This document shows, in pieces, positions 19,145 to 29,341 of a stretch of DNA of 64,000 nt (positions are counted from its first letter, which is position 1; every line of letters begins with the position of its first letter). The notes beneath the pieces were generated by a model. The model did not search any database. It was not told the origin of the DNA and worked only from the letters and a program-made list of their open reading frames with translations. Both the position numbers and the translations under genes were made by a program. The DNA lies in IMG/VR virus record IMGVR_UViG_3300029915_000005; one strand, 5' to 3'. Source of the stretch: a virus.

Positions 19145-20092
19145 ATGCGTATTTATACAACTACTGATTTCATATTATCGTCTATTTCTAAACATAATAA
19201 TGAATTGCTTTCTTATGAAAAAACTATTTTCACTAGTAAAAACTCCAAAGTAATTATTACTTGCAAACTTCACGGCGATTTTGAGCAAATAGCAAAAATT
19301 CATTTGAAGGGGCATAGTTGCCCTCAGTGCGGCCATAATTATCGAGCCAATTTAAATAGATTAACCACTGAACATTTTATTAATGATGCTAATAAAATTC
19401 ATAATTTTTTCTTTTCATATGATAATTCTTTTTATATTGGTAGAAATCGCAAAATAACTATTACTTGTCCCTTTCATGGTGAGTTTAATCAAATGGCAGG
19501 AAATCATTTAAATGGCTTTGGGTGTCCCAGTTGTTCTGGTTGCAAAAAATTAACAACTGAAGAATTTGTAAGAAAAGCCAATATTAAACATAATTTTAAA
19601 TTTGATTATAGCAAGTCAATTTATATAGGTGCTCATTCAAAAGTTATTATAAGTTGCCCAGAACATGGTGAGTTTACTCAGAAACCAAATTGTCATTTAT
19701 CTGGCGCTGGCTGTCCTGTGTGTAAAGAATCAAAAGGAGAACGAGAAATTCGCATAAATCTTAAAGAATTAAAAATGAATTTCAAATACCAATACTCTTT
19801 TAAAAATTGCAAAAATATAAAACCACTGCCATTTGATTTTGCATTATTTAATAATAAAAAATTAATTGGTCTAATAGAATATCAAGGTATACAGCATTAT
19901 AAAGTAGGTTCTTTTGGTAGTAAATCAAAATCAATAGAAGATAAAATTAAAGATTTATATGAAATTCAATCTAGAGACTTAATTAAACTAAATTATTGCA
20001 AAACAAATAAAATTCCTCTTTTAATTATTCCTTATTGGAATCTGAGTAATATCAAAAATATTTTGTCTAATTATTCATATCCACCATCATAG
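19145..20092 (+). CDS. putative homing endonuclease (DUF723-like Zn repeats plus PD-(D/E)xK), inserted antisense between gp55- and gp47-like genes
   Basis: C..HG.F.Q...HL.G.GCP.C x3; SKGE, LPFDF, IEYQG.QHY, LLIIPYW. Confidence 0.78.
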   Translation: MRIYTTTDFILSSISKHNNELLSYEKTIFTSKNSKVIITCKLHGDFEQIAKIHLKGHSCPQCGHNYRANLNRLTTEHFINDANKIHNFFFSYDNSFYIGRNRKITITCPFHGEFNQMAGNHLNGFGCPSCSGCKKLTTEEFVRKANIKHNFKFDYSKSIYIGAHSKVIISCPEHGEFTQKPNCHLSGAGCPVCKESKGEREIRINLKELKMNFKYQYSFKNCKNIKPLPFDFALFNNKKLIGLIEYQGIQHYKVGSFGSKSKSIEDKIKDLYEIQSRDLIKLNYCKTNKIPLLIIPYWNLSNIKNILSNYSYPPS

Positions 20093-20967
20093 CTATTAAT
20101 ATCTTTATTTGTGCGCGAATAGCTGGGATTCATAGAATTTTTTATAAGCAGATCATCTCGTATCTGCTGATTTTTCTTTTCAATATTTAGTATTCGTAAG
20201 AAAGAGTTATGACATATAGATGTAAAAAATGCAAAAGGATTGGCTGATTTTGATTCATCGAACTGAAGGGCTACTTGGCAAAGTTGCATTACTGCCTGAC
20301 CTTTAAATTCTTCAACATAAGAATAATTTCTCCAGTTTCCTTTACTCGCATATTTGTCTGTTAATTTCATAATCATTCTTGCCAAAGTATCTGTAAAATA
20401 TCCGTGAGTCTTGCAAAATTGTCCATTATCCAAATCTCCAATCCAATGACTTTTAGCAACTACACGCAAAATATTATTTTCATCAAATCTATAATTGTAA
20501 AACGGAGGGAAATTAATTCTAATATGGTCAGCTTTTAAATTACTCAGCGGCACAATATTTAAACTTTCCAAATCATCATCTTCATCTTCTAAAACAAAAT
20601 CATCATTGTCAATTACACTATCAAAAAATCTATCTATACTTTTTCCTGGAACAATTTCAGCCAACATCTTTTCTGATTTAGAAATTTTCGGAGGAAGCAT
20701 TGGTATGTGTTCCCAAGTCATAATTCTAAAAACTAAATTAGTTGTTGGTAAGTTGTCTATATTTACTTTTTCTCCAGTTTCTCTTAAAATTCTGGCTACT
20801 TTGTTTTGCTTTGCTAAAATAATATTTTGATAATTTATTTCTTTAGTGTCAAATAATATTATATCATATTGGTGATCAGTTTCTTTGTTTAGAAATGAAC
20901 AAAACGTATTCTTTGAAAGATGAATTTCTTTCATTATATCTCTATTATTTAAATAATTCTGTTTGAT
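20071..20967 (-). CDS. gp55-like late-transcription sigma factor (probable AUC start at 20967)
   Basis: NYLNNRD upstream of ATG 20934; NWRNYSY.EE, FDE.KS.NPFAFFT....NSFLR....EKK.Q. Confidence 0.85.
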   Translation of the reverse strand: MKQNYLNNRDIMKEIHLSKNTFCSFLNKETDHQYDIILFDTKEINYQNIILAKQNKVARILRETGEKVNIDNLPTTNLVFRIMTWEHIPMLPPKISKSEKMLAEIVPGKSIDRFFDSVIDNDDFVLEDEDDDLESLNIVPLSNLKADHIRINFPPFYNYRFDENNILRVVAKSHWIGDLDNGQFCKTHGYFTDTLARMIMKLTDKYASKGNWRNYSYVEEFKGQAVMQLCQVALQFDESKSANPFAFFTSICHNSFLRILNIEKKNQQIRDDLLIKNSMNPSYSRTNKDINSYDGGYE

Positions 20968-20983
20968 GGTGTCCCCCGAAAAT

Positions 20984-21231
20984 CTATTTAATTTTTAAAT
21001 TATTTGCCAATTCGTTATATATATTTTCAATTTCTTCTTTAGAAAGTTCTGGCTGATTATTCTTTTTTAATCTTTTATTATACCGGTCAATTATTTTTTG
21101 TGGGATATACTATATTCTTTTTTCAATTCTTCCAATTTTTCCGGTGCCAACGGAAAGTTACCTAATGTGCTTGCTACCATTCCTTCCATATTTTGTATTT
21201 TCGCTATGTTATATAGCCTTCTATTTCTCAT
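20984..21231 (-). pseudogene. small early gene, apparently frameshifted near 21105
   Basis: SD GAGGA and ATG 21231, stop at 21091; a second frame continues IPQKIIDRYN...LKIK to TAG at 20984; TTGACC-17-TATACT at 21299-21271. Confidence 0.4.
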
Positions 21232-21306
21232 AATTGTTCCTCATTTTGTTGCATAAATACTTATATAATAAGTATATATTTTCTATAGAAGGAGGTCAAG
21301 AAAAAA

Positions 21307-22221
21307 ATGAGTATTAATTCCAGCGCATCATTTACTGACCCATCTTCTTTACGACTCGATAGTTTAAATATGTCATCTGTTAATAAAATTGCACCCACAG
21401 TTACTTATTCTGGAAATAGTTTAAATGATAAAAGAGTTCGTATCAGTATGTTTCCAAATAGTCCGAAAATTTTTTATAATGATCCAAAAAATAATCTATT
21501 AAATATTTTGGCAGCAACAGGTGGTCTTGTATTTCCATTTCAACCAAAAGTTGATATTTCTTATTCTGCCAACTATGATAGTACAGAAGTAGTTCATAGT
21601 AATTTTGCATTCAAATCTTATAAAAATAGTGAAATGAAAGCAATTGATTTATCATGCAATTTTCCAGTTAGAACTCCTTACGAAGGGCAATATGTTATTG
21701 CTGCTATACATTTTTTGAGATGTTTAACTATGATGTTTACTGGAAATGATTCAGGTGACTCATTGGGAGTTTATAACTTAGGAGGTTCACCGCCATTAGT
21801 TGTAAGTCTTTCTGGAATGGGATTTGCAGGATTAGATAATATTCCTGTAGGCGTAACCAATATAACTGCTTCATATCCTGATAATGTTGATTATTTAACA
21901 ATTGCAATTCCAGGGTTAAATGGAGAACTAACTAAAATTCCAGCCCAAATGATTATTTCAGTAAATCTTCAACCAATGTTCAGTCGGGCGTATGCATCTG
22001 CTTTTGGTTTGAAGGATTTTTCATATGGAAAAACAAGATTACTTGGTCCAAATCCAACATTTCCAACTGCTAGTTCTGTTACTGAAACTCCAACTAATGC
22101 TGGGATAACTACCATACCACTACAACGAGATACCAGTTTAGATAATAATTTTCTGGAGACTACTCCATTACAATCTTTGCCATTATCAAGTAATAATTCT
22201 ACTGTGTCTCCTATAACTTAA
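21307..22221 (+). CDS. gp48/gp54-like baseplate-tail tube junction protein
   Basis: GLVFPFQP, YSANY....VHSN, AAIHFLR..TMM, GSPP; position before gp53-like gene. Confidence 0.6.
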   Translation: MSINSSASFTDPSSLRLDSLNMSSVNKIAPTVTYSGNSLNDKRVRISMFPNSPKIFYNDPKNNLLNILAATGGLVFPFQPKVDISYSANYDSTEVVHSNFAFKSYKNSEMKAIDLSCNFPVRTPYEGQYVIAAIHFLRCLTMMFTGNDSGDSLGVYNLGGSPPLVVSLSGMGFAGLDNIPVGVTNITASYPDNVDYLTIAIPGLNGELTKIPAQMIISVNLQPMFSRAYASAFGLKDFSYGKTRLLGPNPTFPTASSVTETPTNAGITTIPLQRDTSLDNNFLETTPLQSLPLSSNNSTVSPIT

Positions 22222-22318
22222 TCAGATGACCTTGCTATTGGATCATCTTGACAGGCAATTAATGCGAAGAAGCTCAACTGGAAGCTATTTTCCAGTATAA
22301 ATTTCATAGAGAATAATT

Positions 22319-22627
22319 ATGACTACCACATATTTGAGTTCAAGTGCTTATTATAACACGCAAATTAGTTCAACTGGAATCATGGGGATATGGAATCCAC
22401 GATATGTCCCTGCCAGCCCTTCAGATCAATTGATTTCCATTAGTCATGCTTATAATCTTCGACCAGATTTATTAGCCAATGATTTATATGGAGATCCCAA
22501 TCTATGGTGGGTTTTTGCTCAAAGAAATCCAAATATTTTGGCATCTGATCCTTTGGGAAATTTTGTATCAGGGATACAAATATATATTCCTGATGCGTCT
22601 GCATTAAAATCAGCGTTGGAGAATTAA
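22319..22627 (+). CDS. gp53-like LysM baseplate wedge protein
   Basis: YNLRPDLLA.DLYGD.NLWWVFA.RN, G.QIYIP. Confidence 0.85.
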   Translation: MTTTYLSSSAYYNTQISSTGIMGIWNPRYVPASPSDQLISISHAYNLRPDLLANDLYGDPNLWWVFAQRNPNILASDPLGNFVSGIQIYIPDASALKSALEN

Positions 22628-22630
22628 TTT

Positions 22631-25051
22631 ATGGCATTAACTCTGGAACAAAGAAAAGCTGCGACAGCGGCTGAAGTTGCTTCATTGGCCAATCCTCCAA
22701 TTAAAGCACCAGCAGCAAATCAAGATGATAAAAATCAAAAATCGCAACCAGTAGACAATACCACAGTGCCTTATTCTTTAAAACCAAATCTTTTAAAAGA
22801 ATATTCAAGTTTTACTCCTCTTGTTAGTTTTCAAGTAACTACTCCACAAAAATATAATAATATGATGTTGACTCAAAAATATAATCCAGCAGACTGGAAC
22901 ATAATTTGTCAATCTGGCGGAGTTGGTCCAATAAAAACTTCTGTTCCAGGTTCAGACACTAAATATTTTGCTCGTGATTTATTCATTGATGATTTTGAAA
23001 TGCATACTATTACAGGATTAAATCAACAAAATAGAGGAAGCAATGTAACTGATTTAAGTTGGACTATTGTTGAACCAAATGGAATGGATTTAATTGAAGA
23101 ATTATTTGATTTCTGCAAAGAATTGGGAGAAGATAATTATACCAAATTACCATATTTAATAAAATTATCATTTCGCGGGTATAAAGATGATGGAACATCA
23201 GATATAATTGCAGGAACTACAAAATATATTCCAATCATTTTATTAAATATGGAAATAAAAGCACAAAGCACTGGATCAACATATAAAGTAACAGCCGTTC
23301 CTTATAATGAAACTAGCAATTTTGAAGCTTGTGGTAGAGTAGATTCAAATATAGAAACTTGGGGAGCAACAGTCGCTGATTTCTGTGGATTTTTAACTTG
23401 GGCATTGAATGAACACCAAAAACAATATGTTAAAGACGGAACATATGAATTTGCTGATCAATATGAAGTAATTGGTATACCTATGATAAGCTCTGAAAAA
23501 AATGGCGGAACCATAGATATAGGATCTTATTTAGTTGTTAATCCTGTATGGTCAAATACTATTGTAGCTAAAGATTCAAAAATGGGAGATCCTGCCAGCA
23601 CTGGAACTCAAACTATTATCAACAATATAGCATCAAACATTGCAGGAAACCTTAATCCCAATACATTGAAAACAACTCAAGTTACTGAAAATCTTCCAGA
23701 TGGCACGACACAAACAGTTAACGTAACTTCAATTTCTGATAGCACTGATTCAGCAAATTTTTCAAATCAAGCAACAGTAGGTGGACAATTAACTGGGAAA
23801 AATGCAATTAGATTTAATGCGGGAAGTAATATAATTGATTGTATAAATGCAATAATAATTAATAGCAGTTATATTACTACACAAATTAAAACATATCAAT
23901 CAAAAATTGATAATATTATTACTCAAGCAAATAAAATAGGACCATCAGCAAAAGATGATTCTGATATTCAGTCACTAATCACACAATTAAATTATCCATT
24001 TCAATGGTTTATGATTATTCCTCAAATGCAATTTTTGCCAATACCAACAACTTCCAATGATGGCACTATAACTATTCCTTCCAGTGCGCAATATGATCAT
24101 AAAAGAGGATGTTATGCAGCGAAATATACATATTATGTTCAGCCATATATGATAGACAATGCAAGATTATTAGCTGTTCCAAATAATGATCCAAGATTAA
24201 GAGTAGTAAAAGAATATGATTACATTCTAACTGGAAAAAATACTGAAATTTTAGATTTCGATATGGATTTTAAATTTTCATTTTTGACGTATGCTCAGAG
24301 TAATATTAATACCAAACAGCAAGGGAGCGGATCACCCACACCTGCAAAAGATCAAGTTGCCCCCCAATCAACGCAAACTTCTGCAATGTTAGTTACTGGT
24401 AATACTCCAATTAATTCTCCAATTATTCAAGTTGCTGCTCCAAATAGTGCTAAAAATATTGGAACTGCTGGAGAACAAAGTCCAGAAAGAAATACAGCAG
24501 CAGATGTCGCAGCCACAATTTATGCTCCTGCTGAAATGATTCAATCAACTCTTAAAATAAACGGCGATCCAGATTATATTAAGCAAGATGGATTGTTTGT
24601 AAATCCTTCCGGTGGTTCTACATTATCTCCTTGGTTTTTAATTAACAATAATCAAGGAATACAATTTAATTGCGGGGAGATATTCATAAATTTAAATTTC
24701 TTAGTTCCAAGAGATTTAAATCAATCAACAGGATTAATTGAAAAGGTCGATAACACTACCACATCTTTTAGACGAAATGTATTTAGTGGACAATTTAAAA
24801 TAATTGATGTTAATAATAAAATTAATAAAGGAATTTTCACTCAAGAATTGCAGCTAATAAGAATTAATGATAGTCATAATTTAGAAATCGTTGCTCCAAA
24901 ACCATTAACACAATATCAGCAAGATGTTATTAATAGGCCAGGAGTTCCTGTACATTCAGCGCCACAATTAAATCCCATAACATCTTTGCACGCCACTGAA
25001 TCAACAGCTTCCAAAGATGTTACTTACTTGCCAATTTTTTATCCGCATTAA
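22631..25051 (+). CDS. baseplate hub-like protein
   Basis: IVEP.G, PYLIKL.F.GY, K.YDY..TGKN.EIL.FD, L.I.GDP.YI, FSG.F.I..V, FTQ.L; module position. Confidence 0.6.
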   Translation: MALTLEQRKAATAAEVASLANPPIKAPAANQDDKNQKSQPVDNTTVPYSLKPNLLKEYSSFTPLVSFQVTTPQKYNNMMLTQKYNPADWNIICQSGGVGPIKTSVPGSDTKYFARDLFIDDFEMHTITGLNQQNRGSNVTDLSWTIVEPNGMDLIEELFDFCKELGEDNYTKLPYLIKLSFRGYKDDGTSDIIAGTTKYIPIILLNMEIKAQSTGSTYKVTAVPYNETSNFEACGRVDSNIETWGATVADFCGFLTWALNEHQKQYVKDGTYEFADQYEVIGIPMISSEKNGGTIDIGSYLVVNPVWSNTIVAKDSKMGDPASTGTQTIINNIASNIAGNLNPNTLKTTQVTENLPDGTTQTVNVTSISDSTDSANFSNQATVGGQLTGKNAIRFNAGSNIIDCINAIIINSSYITTQIKTYQSKIDNIITQANKIGPSAKDDSDIQSLITQLNYPFQWFMIIPQMQFLPIPTTSNDGTITIPSSAQYDHKRGCYAAKYTYYVQPYMIDNARLLAVPNNDPRLRVVKEYDYILTGKNTEILDFDMDFKFSFLTYAQSNINTKQQGSGSPTPAKDQVAPQSTQTSAMLVTGNTPINSPIIQVAAPNSAKNIGTAGEQSPERNTAADVAATIYAPAEMIQSTLKINGDPDYIKQDGLFVNPSGGSTLSPWFLINNNQGIQFNCGEIFINLNFLVPRDLNQSTGLIEKVDNTTTSFRRNVFSGQFKIIDVNNKINKGIFTQELQLIRINDSHNLEIVAPKPLTQYQQDVINRPGVPVHSAPQLNPITSLHATESTASKDVTYLPIFYPH

Positions 25052-25075
25052 ACTAAATATTAATAGGTGATAAAA

Positions 25076-25411
25076 ATGAGAATTTATGAGTTATTTGAAG
25101 ACTTACCTGGCTTAATGAATATTCCAAAACTAGGAACCATGAAACCAACTGGGACTACTACTGCTAATACAAGTCAAGCAAATACACAACCAACTATAAA
25201 TTCTATTCCCCCAAACACACAACAACAATTTACTCGTGGAACTACTGTAACTGTACCAGAAGGTCCAGGAAATGTAAAAACTCAACTGAAAATTAATGCA
25301 GTGGATCCTATGAATAAAACTGTAACTGTAGTTAATCCACTTAAACCAAATGATCCTGGATTAACTTATAAACAAGCAGATTTTGCGAATGTAATGGCAT
25401 CGCACTCATAA
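25076..25411 (+). CDS. small Thr/Pro-rich protein with capsid-tag-like N-terminus
   Basis: MRIYELFED after TAAATA and SD AGGTG. Confidence 0.6.
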   Translation: MRIYELFEDLPGLMNIPKLGTMKPTGTTTANTSQANTQPTINSIPPNTQQQFTRGTTVTVPEGPGNVKTQLKINAVDPMNKTVTVVNPLKPNDPGLTYKQADFANVMASHS

Positions 25412-25423
25412 ACAAGGTGAATT

Positions 25424-25786
25424 ATGGCAATATATAGCGGATTTTCCACAGTTAATTCCAAGTCTCAAAAAAAATTTACATTGACTGGAAAAAATCTCAT
25501 AAAACAAGATTTAATGAATGCTCTCATGGCTAGAAGAGGGCAGAGAGTAATGCAGCCGAATTTTGGTTGCATTGTTTGGGAGAAGTTATTTGAAAATTTA
25601 TCTCCTACAGATGTTAATGATATTGCAGCAAATATTTCTCAAATTATAAACAGTGATCCAAGAGTTGTAGTTTTGAGTGTTGATGTGTCGCCATCGCAAA
25701 ATACTATAGTAGTCACTACCATAATTCAATATGTTGGGACAGATGAAACAGATCAATTAATTTTAAATTATAATACATCGCTTTAG
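25424..25786 (+). CDS. gp25-like baseplate wedge protein
   Basis: YSGFST, LIKQDL.N....RGQRVMQPNFGC, DPRV. Confidence 0.88.
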   Translation: MAIYSGFSTVNSKSQKKFTLTGKNLIKQDLMNALMARRGQRVMQPNFGCIVWEKLFENLSPTDVNDIAANISQIINSDPRVVVLSVDVSPSQNTIVVTTIIQYVGTDETDQLILNYNTSL

Positions 25787-25830
25787 AAATAATACCCAAA
25801 TTGAGTCGATTTTATAGCATAAATAATAAT

Positions 25831-28800
25831 ATGGCCACGTCATCTCAAATAACGACAAATTTTGGTGTTCAAGACTGGACAAAAATTTATCAGTCGTTCA
25901 GCAATCCTGATTTATCCAGTTATGATTTTGCAACATTAAGAAAATCATTCATAAATTATCTGCAAGCACATAATCCAGAGAATTTTAATGACTACATAAA
26001 TTCAAGCGAATATATTGCTCTTGTTGACCTCATAGCATTTATGGGTCAAAGCATGTCTTTTCGTTTTGATATGAATGCTCGTGAAAATTTTCTTTCTACT
26101 GCCCAAACAAGAAATTCAGTAAATTATCTTGCAAATTTAGTAAATTATCAACCTACTAGAAATTTAGAAGCAAATGGTTACTTAAAAATTAATAGCATTT
26201 CTATTAATGAAAATGTATATGATAGTCTGGGTAATAATCTAAATGGTATTGCTATTAATTGGAACGATCATACTAATACAAATTGGTTAGACCAATGGAA
26301 CAGCATTGTAAATGCAATATTGGTAAATTCACAAACTATTGGAAATCCAGGCAATTCAAATATCATAAATGGAATAAATTGTTCTGAATATGGGGTATCT
26401 ACATCAACTGGCCAAATTCCTCCATATACATTCAATGCAATAATTGACAACGACAGTATGAATTTTGAAATTGTAAACCCAACATCTGTTGGCCAATCAT
26501 ATATTTATGAAGTTGACCCAGAAAATTCATCTCAATTCAATTTATTATACGAAACTGATGGCTTGGGATATAGTAGTGTTAATACTGGTTTCTTTTTATA
26601 TTTCAAACAAGGTAGTTTAACATCACAATCATTTAACATAGCTTCTCCACTGCCAAACACTACCATTAGTTTGGCAGCAACTGGAATCAATAACTCAGAT
26701 GTTTGGTTATATCAGTTAAATTCAGACGGAAGTTTAACTTTATGGTCACAAGTCCCAGCAATATATGGAGAAAATACTACATTTAATAATTTACCAACAA
26801 CTGAACAAACAATCTATTCTATTACAAATAATACAAATGATGCAGTAACATTGGTGTTTGGTGATGGAGTATTTGGAGCAATGCCTATTGGAACTTTTAT
26901 ATGTTTTACTAGAAGTTCTAATGGTTTGACATATAGAATTAATCCAAGCGAAATGTCAAATATCACATTATCTATTCCATATAATAGTAAAACCAATAGA
27001 AACCAATTATTTACAGTCAGAGCTAGTTTACAATATACAGTAGGAAATAGTGCTGGAACTGAAACTTTGGCTAATATAAAATTAAAAGCCCCACAAAGTT
27101 TTTATTCTCAAAATAGAATGGTGAATGGACAAGATTATAATTCTTTTCCATTTACTCAATTCAGCAATTTATTGCAAATCAAAGCTGTAAATCGAACATC
27201 CAGCGGAGTTAGCAGATATTTAGATGTTATTGATCCTACTGGCAAATATAGTAGTACAAATATTTTTGGTGATGATGGATTTATGTATTTGGATTCCAGT
27301 ATTATAACTAATAATTATACTTATTCAAATATTAATAATTTAGCTTCCATCATAGAAACACAAATTGCCAATATAATTTCTGGTAGCAGCACATTGAATT
27401 TTATTCTAAATAATTATCCTTTAATTTCACCAACAGATAATATCATATGGAATATGGTGCTAACTGATAACACATCCAGTAGCGGATGGTTAAGCAATGC
27501 TGCAACTGGAAATTTAATAACTCTGTCTGATCCAACATTTAATGGATATTTAAACACTTCTCTTGGAAATATTTTGCAATTTACTGCTCCTGGACCATCA
27601 GCACTATTTCCTTTTGGGCAAGCGTTTGATACTAATAATAATATCGTTGCCAAAACATCATCCACATTATCATTTAATCAAAAAGCATATATTTATGCAG
27701 CCATAACTGGAAATCCAGTAAATAATGGTATTGGAAATGATATTAGTATGAATGGTGTAAATGTTGACGGCACTGGAGCAATATTATTGACTCAAAAAAT
27801 TCCATTAGGCGCAGTATTAAGCAATATTTTGCCATTCTTTAGTCCATTTCTTCCGCAAAATGTAATTCAAAATATGATTAATTATATAAATGCTGGTAAT
27901 GCATTTTCATTGGAATATCATCCTGAAAATATAATTAATAATCAACCATCATTTTGGGTTATCAATCAAGGATTGCCATTAAATTTTAATCCAGCAATTT
28001 ATGGATCAAGTTTTATTGCTCCAACTGCTGTTGGTGCTACTGTAACTAATAGTTGGACTTTAGCATTTGTTCCTGGCACATCACCAAATAATTTTACAGT
28101 TTATCAACGACAAAATACATATTACTTTGGAAGTCAGATACAAACATCATTCTATTTTGATTCTAATGCAAAAGTTTATGATCCCATTAATTCAACAACA
28201 TTAACTGATACTATAACTGTTCTTCAAACAAATAGTGCTCCTGTAAATACATTAAATCTCGGCCTAACTCAAGATATACCAGTTGATGTTTCAGCAACAG
28301 TTAACGAAATAAATGGCACTGTTGATACCAGTCGCGTTGTTATTGAATCATCTGGTATAGAATCTACTGGTATACCAATAAATCCATTTTTCTTTAATGA
28401 TTGTGTAGGAAATAATAATTTTATATTTTTGGTAACTGATAATTCGCAAAATACTACCACTTTAATACCATCTGGAACTACTCAAGTTGTAATTGTTACT
28501 TCCCCTTCTATTATTAATAACAATTTATATTCTTATGCTGATGGAACTATTGTTTTTTCATCATCTAACCAAGCATTTTATAAAATTTCTAGAAGCGGGG
28601 CAGTTGCTTCTAAAACCATGTTGAACAATCCAGGAGACACATTAACTTATTCATATTATATTGGTCGCCAGAATTTAAAATTTCAATATCAGCACAATGC
28701 AGCAGATTCACGAAGAATTGATCCAAGTCCTGCAAATATTATTGATATGTATTGCTTGGAAGCAAGTTATGCAACCGCTTATCAACAATATGTTACTGAC

Positions 28801-29289
28801 CAAACTGGTCAAATATCAAAACCAACTCCACCAACAACTGATACATTAAGTAATGATTTTTCAACGCTTACTAATTTCAAAATGATTTCAGATGAGCTTA
28901 TATTTAACTCCGCTCAGTTCGTTCCACTATTTGGGAGTAAAGCAGACTATTCACTTCAAGCAACTTTTGTTGTTGTAGCAAATCAAAATATTTCTATTGG
29001 TTCTGGAGAAATTGCAAGTCAAGTCATTAATAATGTCAACAACTATTTCTCTATTGGTAATTTTAGCTTTGGTCAAACTTTCTATTGGGCACAATTAAGT
29101 AATTATATTTTAAGTCAAATGGGAAATATTATTAGCGCAATTCATTTAGTTCCAAGTGCTGGCAACTTGTCTTATGGTGCTCTTGAACAAATTTTATGCA
29201 ACCCATATGAAATATTTATAAGTTCTGCAACTGTTCAGAATGTATCAGTTGTTGCTTCTTTAAACAATTTGAATTTGAGGATTAGCTAA
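25831..29289 (+). CDS. gp6-like baseplate wedge protein
   Basis: YDF.TLR, FNDY..SSE, ARENFL.TA..R.SV, FGDG.FG, QNRMV.GQDY. Confidence 0.85.
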   Translation: MATSSQITTNFGVQDWTKIYQSFSNPDLSSYDFATLRKSFINYLQAHNPENFNDYINSSEYIALVDLIAFMGQSMSFRFDMNARENFLSTAQTRNSVNYLANLVNYQPTRNLEANGYLKINSISINENVYDSLGNNLNGIAINWNDHTNTNWLDQWNSIVNAILVNSQTIGNPGNSNIINGINCSEYGVSTSTGQIPPYTFNAIIDNDSMNFEIVNPTSVGQSYIYEVDPENSSQFNLLYETDGLGYSSVNTGFFLYFKQGSLTSQSFNIASPLPNTTISLAATGINNSDVWLYQLNSDGSLTLWSQVPAIYGENTTFNNLPTTEQTIYSITNNTNDAVTLVFGDGVFGAMPIGTFICFTRSSNGLTYRINPSEMSNITLSIPYNSKTNRNQLFTVRASLQYTVGNSAGTETLANIKLKAPQSFYSQNRMVNGQDYNSFPFTQFSNLLQIKAVNRTSSGVSRYLDVIDPTGKYSSTNIFGDDGFMYLDSSIITNNYTYSNINNLASIIETQIANIISGSSTLNFILNNYPLISPTDNIIWNMVLTDNTSSSGWLSNAATGNLITLSDPTFNGYLNTSLGNILQFTAPGPSALFPFGQAFDTNNNIVAKTSSTLSFNQKAYIYAAITGNPVNNGIGNDISMNGVNVDGTGAILLTQKIPLGAVLSNILPFFSPFLPQNVIQNMINYINAGNAFSLEYHPENIINNQPSFWVINQGLPLNFNPAIYGSSFIAPTAVGATVTNSWTLAFVPGTSPNNFTVYQRQNTYYFGSQIQTSFYFDSNAKVYDPINSTTLTDTITVLQTNSAPVNTLNLGLTQDIPVDVSATVNEINGTVDTSRVVIESSGIESTGIPINPFFFNDCVGNNNFIFLVTDNSQNTTTLIPSGTTQVVIVTSPSIINNNLYSYADGTIVFSSSNQAFYKISRSGAVASKTMLNNPGDTLTYSYYIGRQNLKFQYQHNAADSRRIDPSPANIIDMYCLEASYATAYQQYVTDQTGQISKPTPPTTDTLSNDFSTLTNFKMISDELIFNSAQFVPLFGSKADYSLQATFVVVANQNISIGSGEIASQVINNVNNYFSIGNFSFGQTFYWAQLSNYILSQMGNIISAIHLVPSAGNLSYGALEQILCNPYEIFISSATVQNVSVVASLNNLNLRIS

Positions 29290-29341
29290 GCAAATATAAT
29301 TATATTCTTGATATACGGTATTTTCAATCATAAATACTATT

